Source: a virus
Virus record (IMG/VR): IMGVR_UViG_3300020040_000007
Location: 1 to 6,155 of that record
Direction: 5' to 3' (one strand)
DNA: 6,155 nt
The first letter of the stretch is position 1; each line of letters begins with the position of its first letter. Position numbers and translations under genes: made by a program. The notes under the pieces were generated by a model. It was given only the letters and a program-made list of their open reading frames with translations. It was not told the origin of the DNA and made no database searches. Shown here piece after piece: positions 5,827 to 6,155 of the stretch.

Positions 5827-6018
5827 CTACAAATGGGTTAAATTGTTAGAACGAATAATATAATCGACACGCACGGTGTCAATGTGAACGCCACTGCGTT
5901 GCATCCTGGCTTGGGCAGAACAAGATGAAAGAAAAAAAGCAGCCAAGGCAGCGATAATAGAAGAAACGAGAGTCCAAAAAGCCTTCGATTTATAAAACGG
6001 TTGTTTGACGTCTGACAT
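5827..6018 (-). CDS. Small predicted lipoprotein or membrane protein, 63 aa, first gene of the operon.
   Basis: The ATG is at 6018, and the TAG stop (5827..5829) lies 1 nt before the VP2 ATG. The sequence MSDVKQPFYKSKAFWTLVSSIIAALAAFFLSSCSAQ... reads as a Lys-containing n-region, a roughly 16-aa hydrophobic core and a lipobox-like L-S-S-C (5920..5931). Signal peptidase II cleavage would leave a mature peptide of about 31 aa. Confidence 0.6.
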   Translation of the reverse strand: MSDVKQPFYKSKAFWTLVSSIIAALAAFFLSSCSAQARMQRSGVHIDTVRVDYIIRSNNLTHL

Positions 6019-6062
6019 GATATTAAAAATTTAGGGGAAGCTACGGTGCCGCACCCTCACTT

Positions 6063-6155
6063 CGTTCGGGGCGGTTCTCCGAACCGCGAAATGCGTCACC
6101 TCGCCACAATGGTGTAAACAATTGAATAAAGAACGATAGAAAAATGCGCGGCCTC
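6063..6155. repeat. Right copy of the 93-bp terminal overlap (same locus as 1..93 on the circle).
   Basis: Identical to 1..93. It begins 44 nt beyond the start codon of the first minus-strand gene. Confidence 0.95.

Noticed and set aside
6021-6035. TAAATTTT just upstream of the first ATG, as a Bacteroides-type -7 promoter element (TAnnTTTG). Also TTGACG (163..168 on the minus strand) and TTTACA (52..57 on the minus strand) as sigma70 -35 boxes.
   Set aside because: The TAAATTTT element lacks the final G and has no TTTG at about -33. It also sits so close to the ATG that the transcript would be nearly leaderless. The -35-like hexamers have no acceptable -10 hexamer at 16-18 nt spacing. No promoter call is justified from sequence alone.
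1-6155. A search for tRNA, rRNA, CRISPR repeats, integrase or transposase genes and toxin-antitoxin pairs.
   Set aside because: I saw no periodic direct repeats, no cloverleaf-like candidates and no recombinase-like ORFs. The genome is fully accounted for by the microvirus gene set plus one non-coding region.

Overview
The window is one complete small circular ssDNA phage genome of the family Microviridae, shown as the reverse complement of its coding strand. It is the non-phiX type (gokushovirus/alpavirus-like). Bases 1..93 are identical to 6063..6155, so the contig closes into a 6062-nt circle and the repeat is a linearisation overlap, not a biological repeat. All supported genes are on the minus strand and tightly packed. 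In transcription order they are: a 63-aa predicted lipoprotein (5827..6018), a VP2/H-type DNA pilot protein (4560..5825), a 106-aa ORFan (4158..4478), an acidic 107-aa ORFan (3823..4146), a possible 24-aa highly basic J/ORF8-like peptide (3786..3860), a GC-rich hairpin (3748..3777), a 107-aa ORFan (3378..3701), an HUH rolling-circle Rep VP4/A (2308..3378), the 600-aa major capsid protein VP1/F (502..2304) and a strongly acidic 98-aa protein (186..482). A single 229-nt structured non-coding region (6019..6062 joined to 1..185) separates the last gene from the first. It carries a terminator-like stem plus T5 tract and a separate hairpin. No tRNA, rRNA, CRISPR array, integrase or transposase was seen. 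The items most worth follow-up are the small lipoprotein gene at the head of the operon, an out-of-frame membrane-type ORF overprinted on the acidic 107-aa gene and ending in the J-like basic tail, and the three ORFans between VP2 and VP4. No start codon has a Shine-Dalgarno motif, which hints at a Bacteroidota-type host. All family assignments rest on motifs I recognise by eye and on synteny. No database search was possible.
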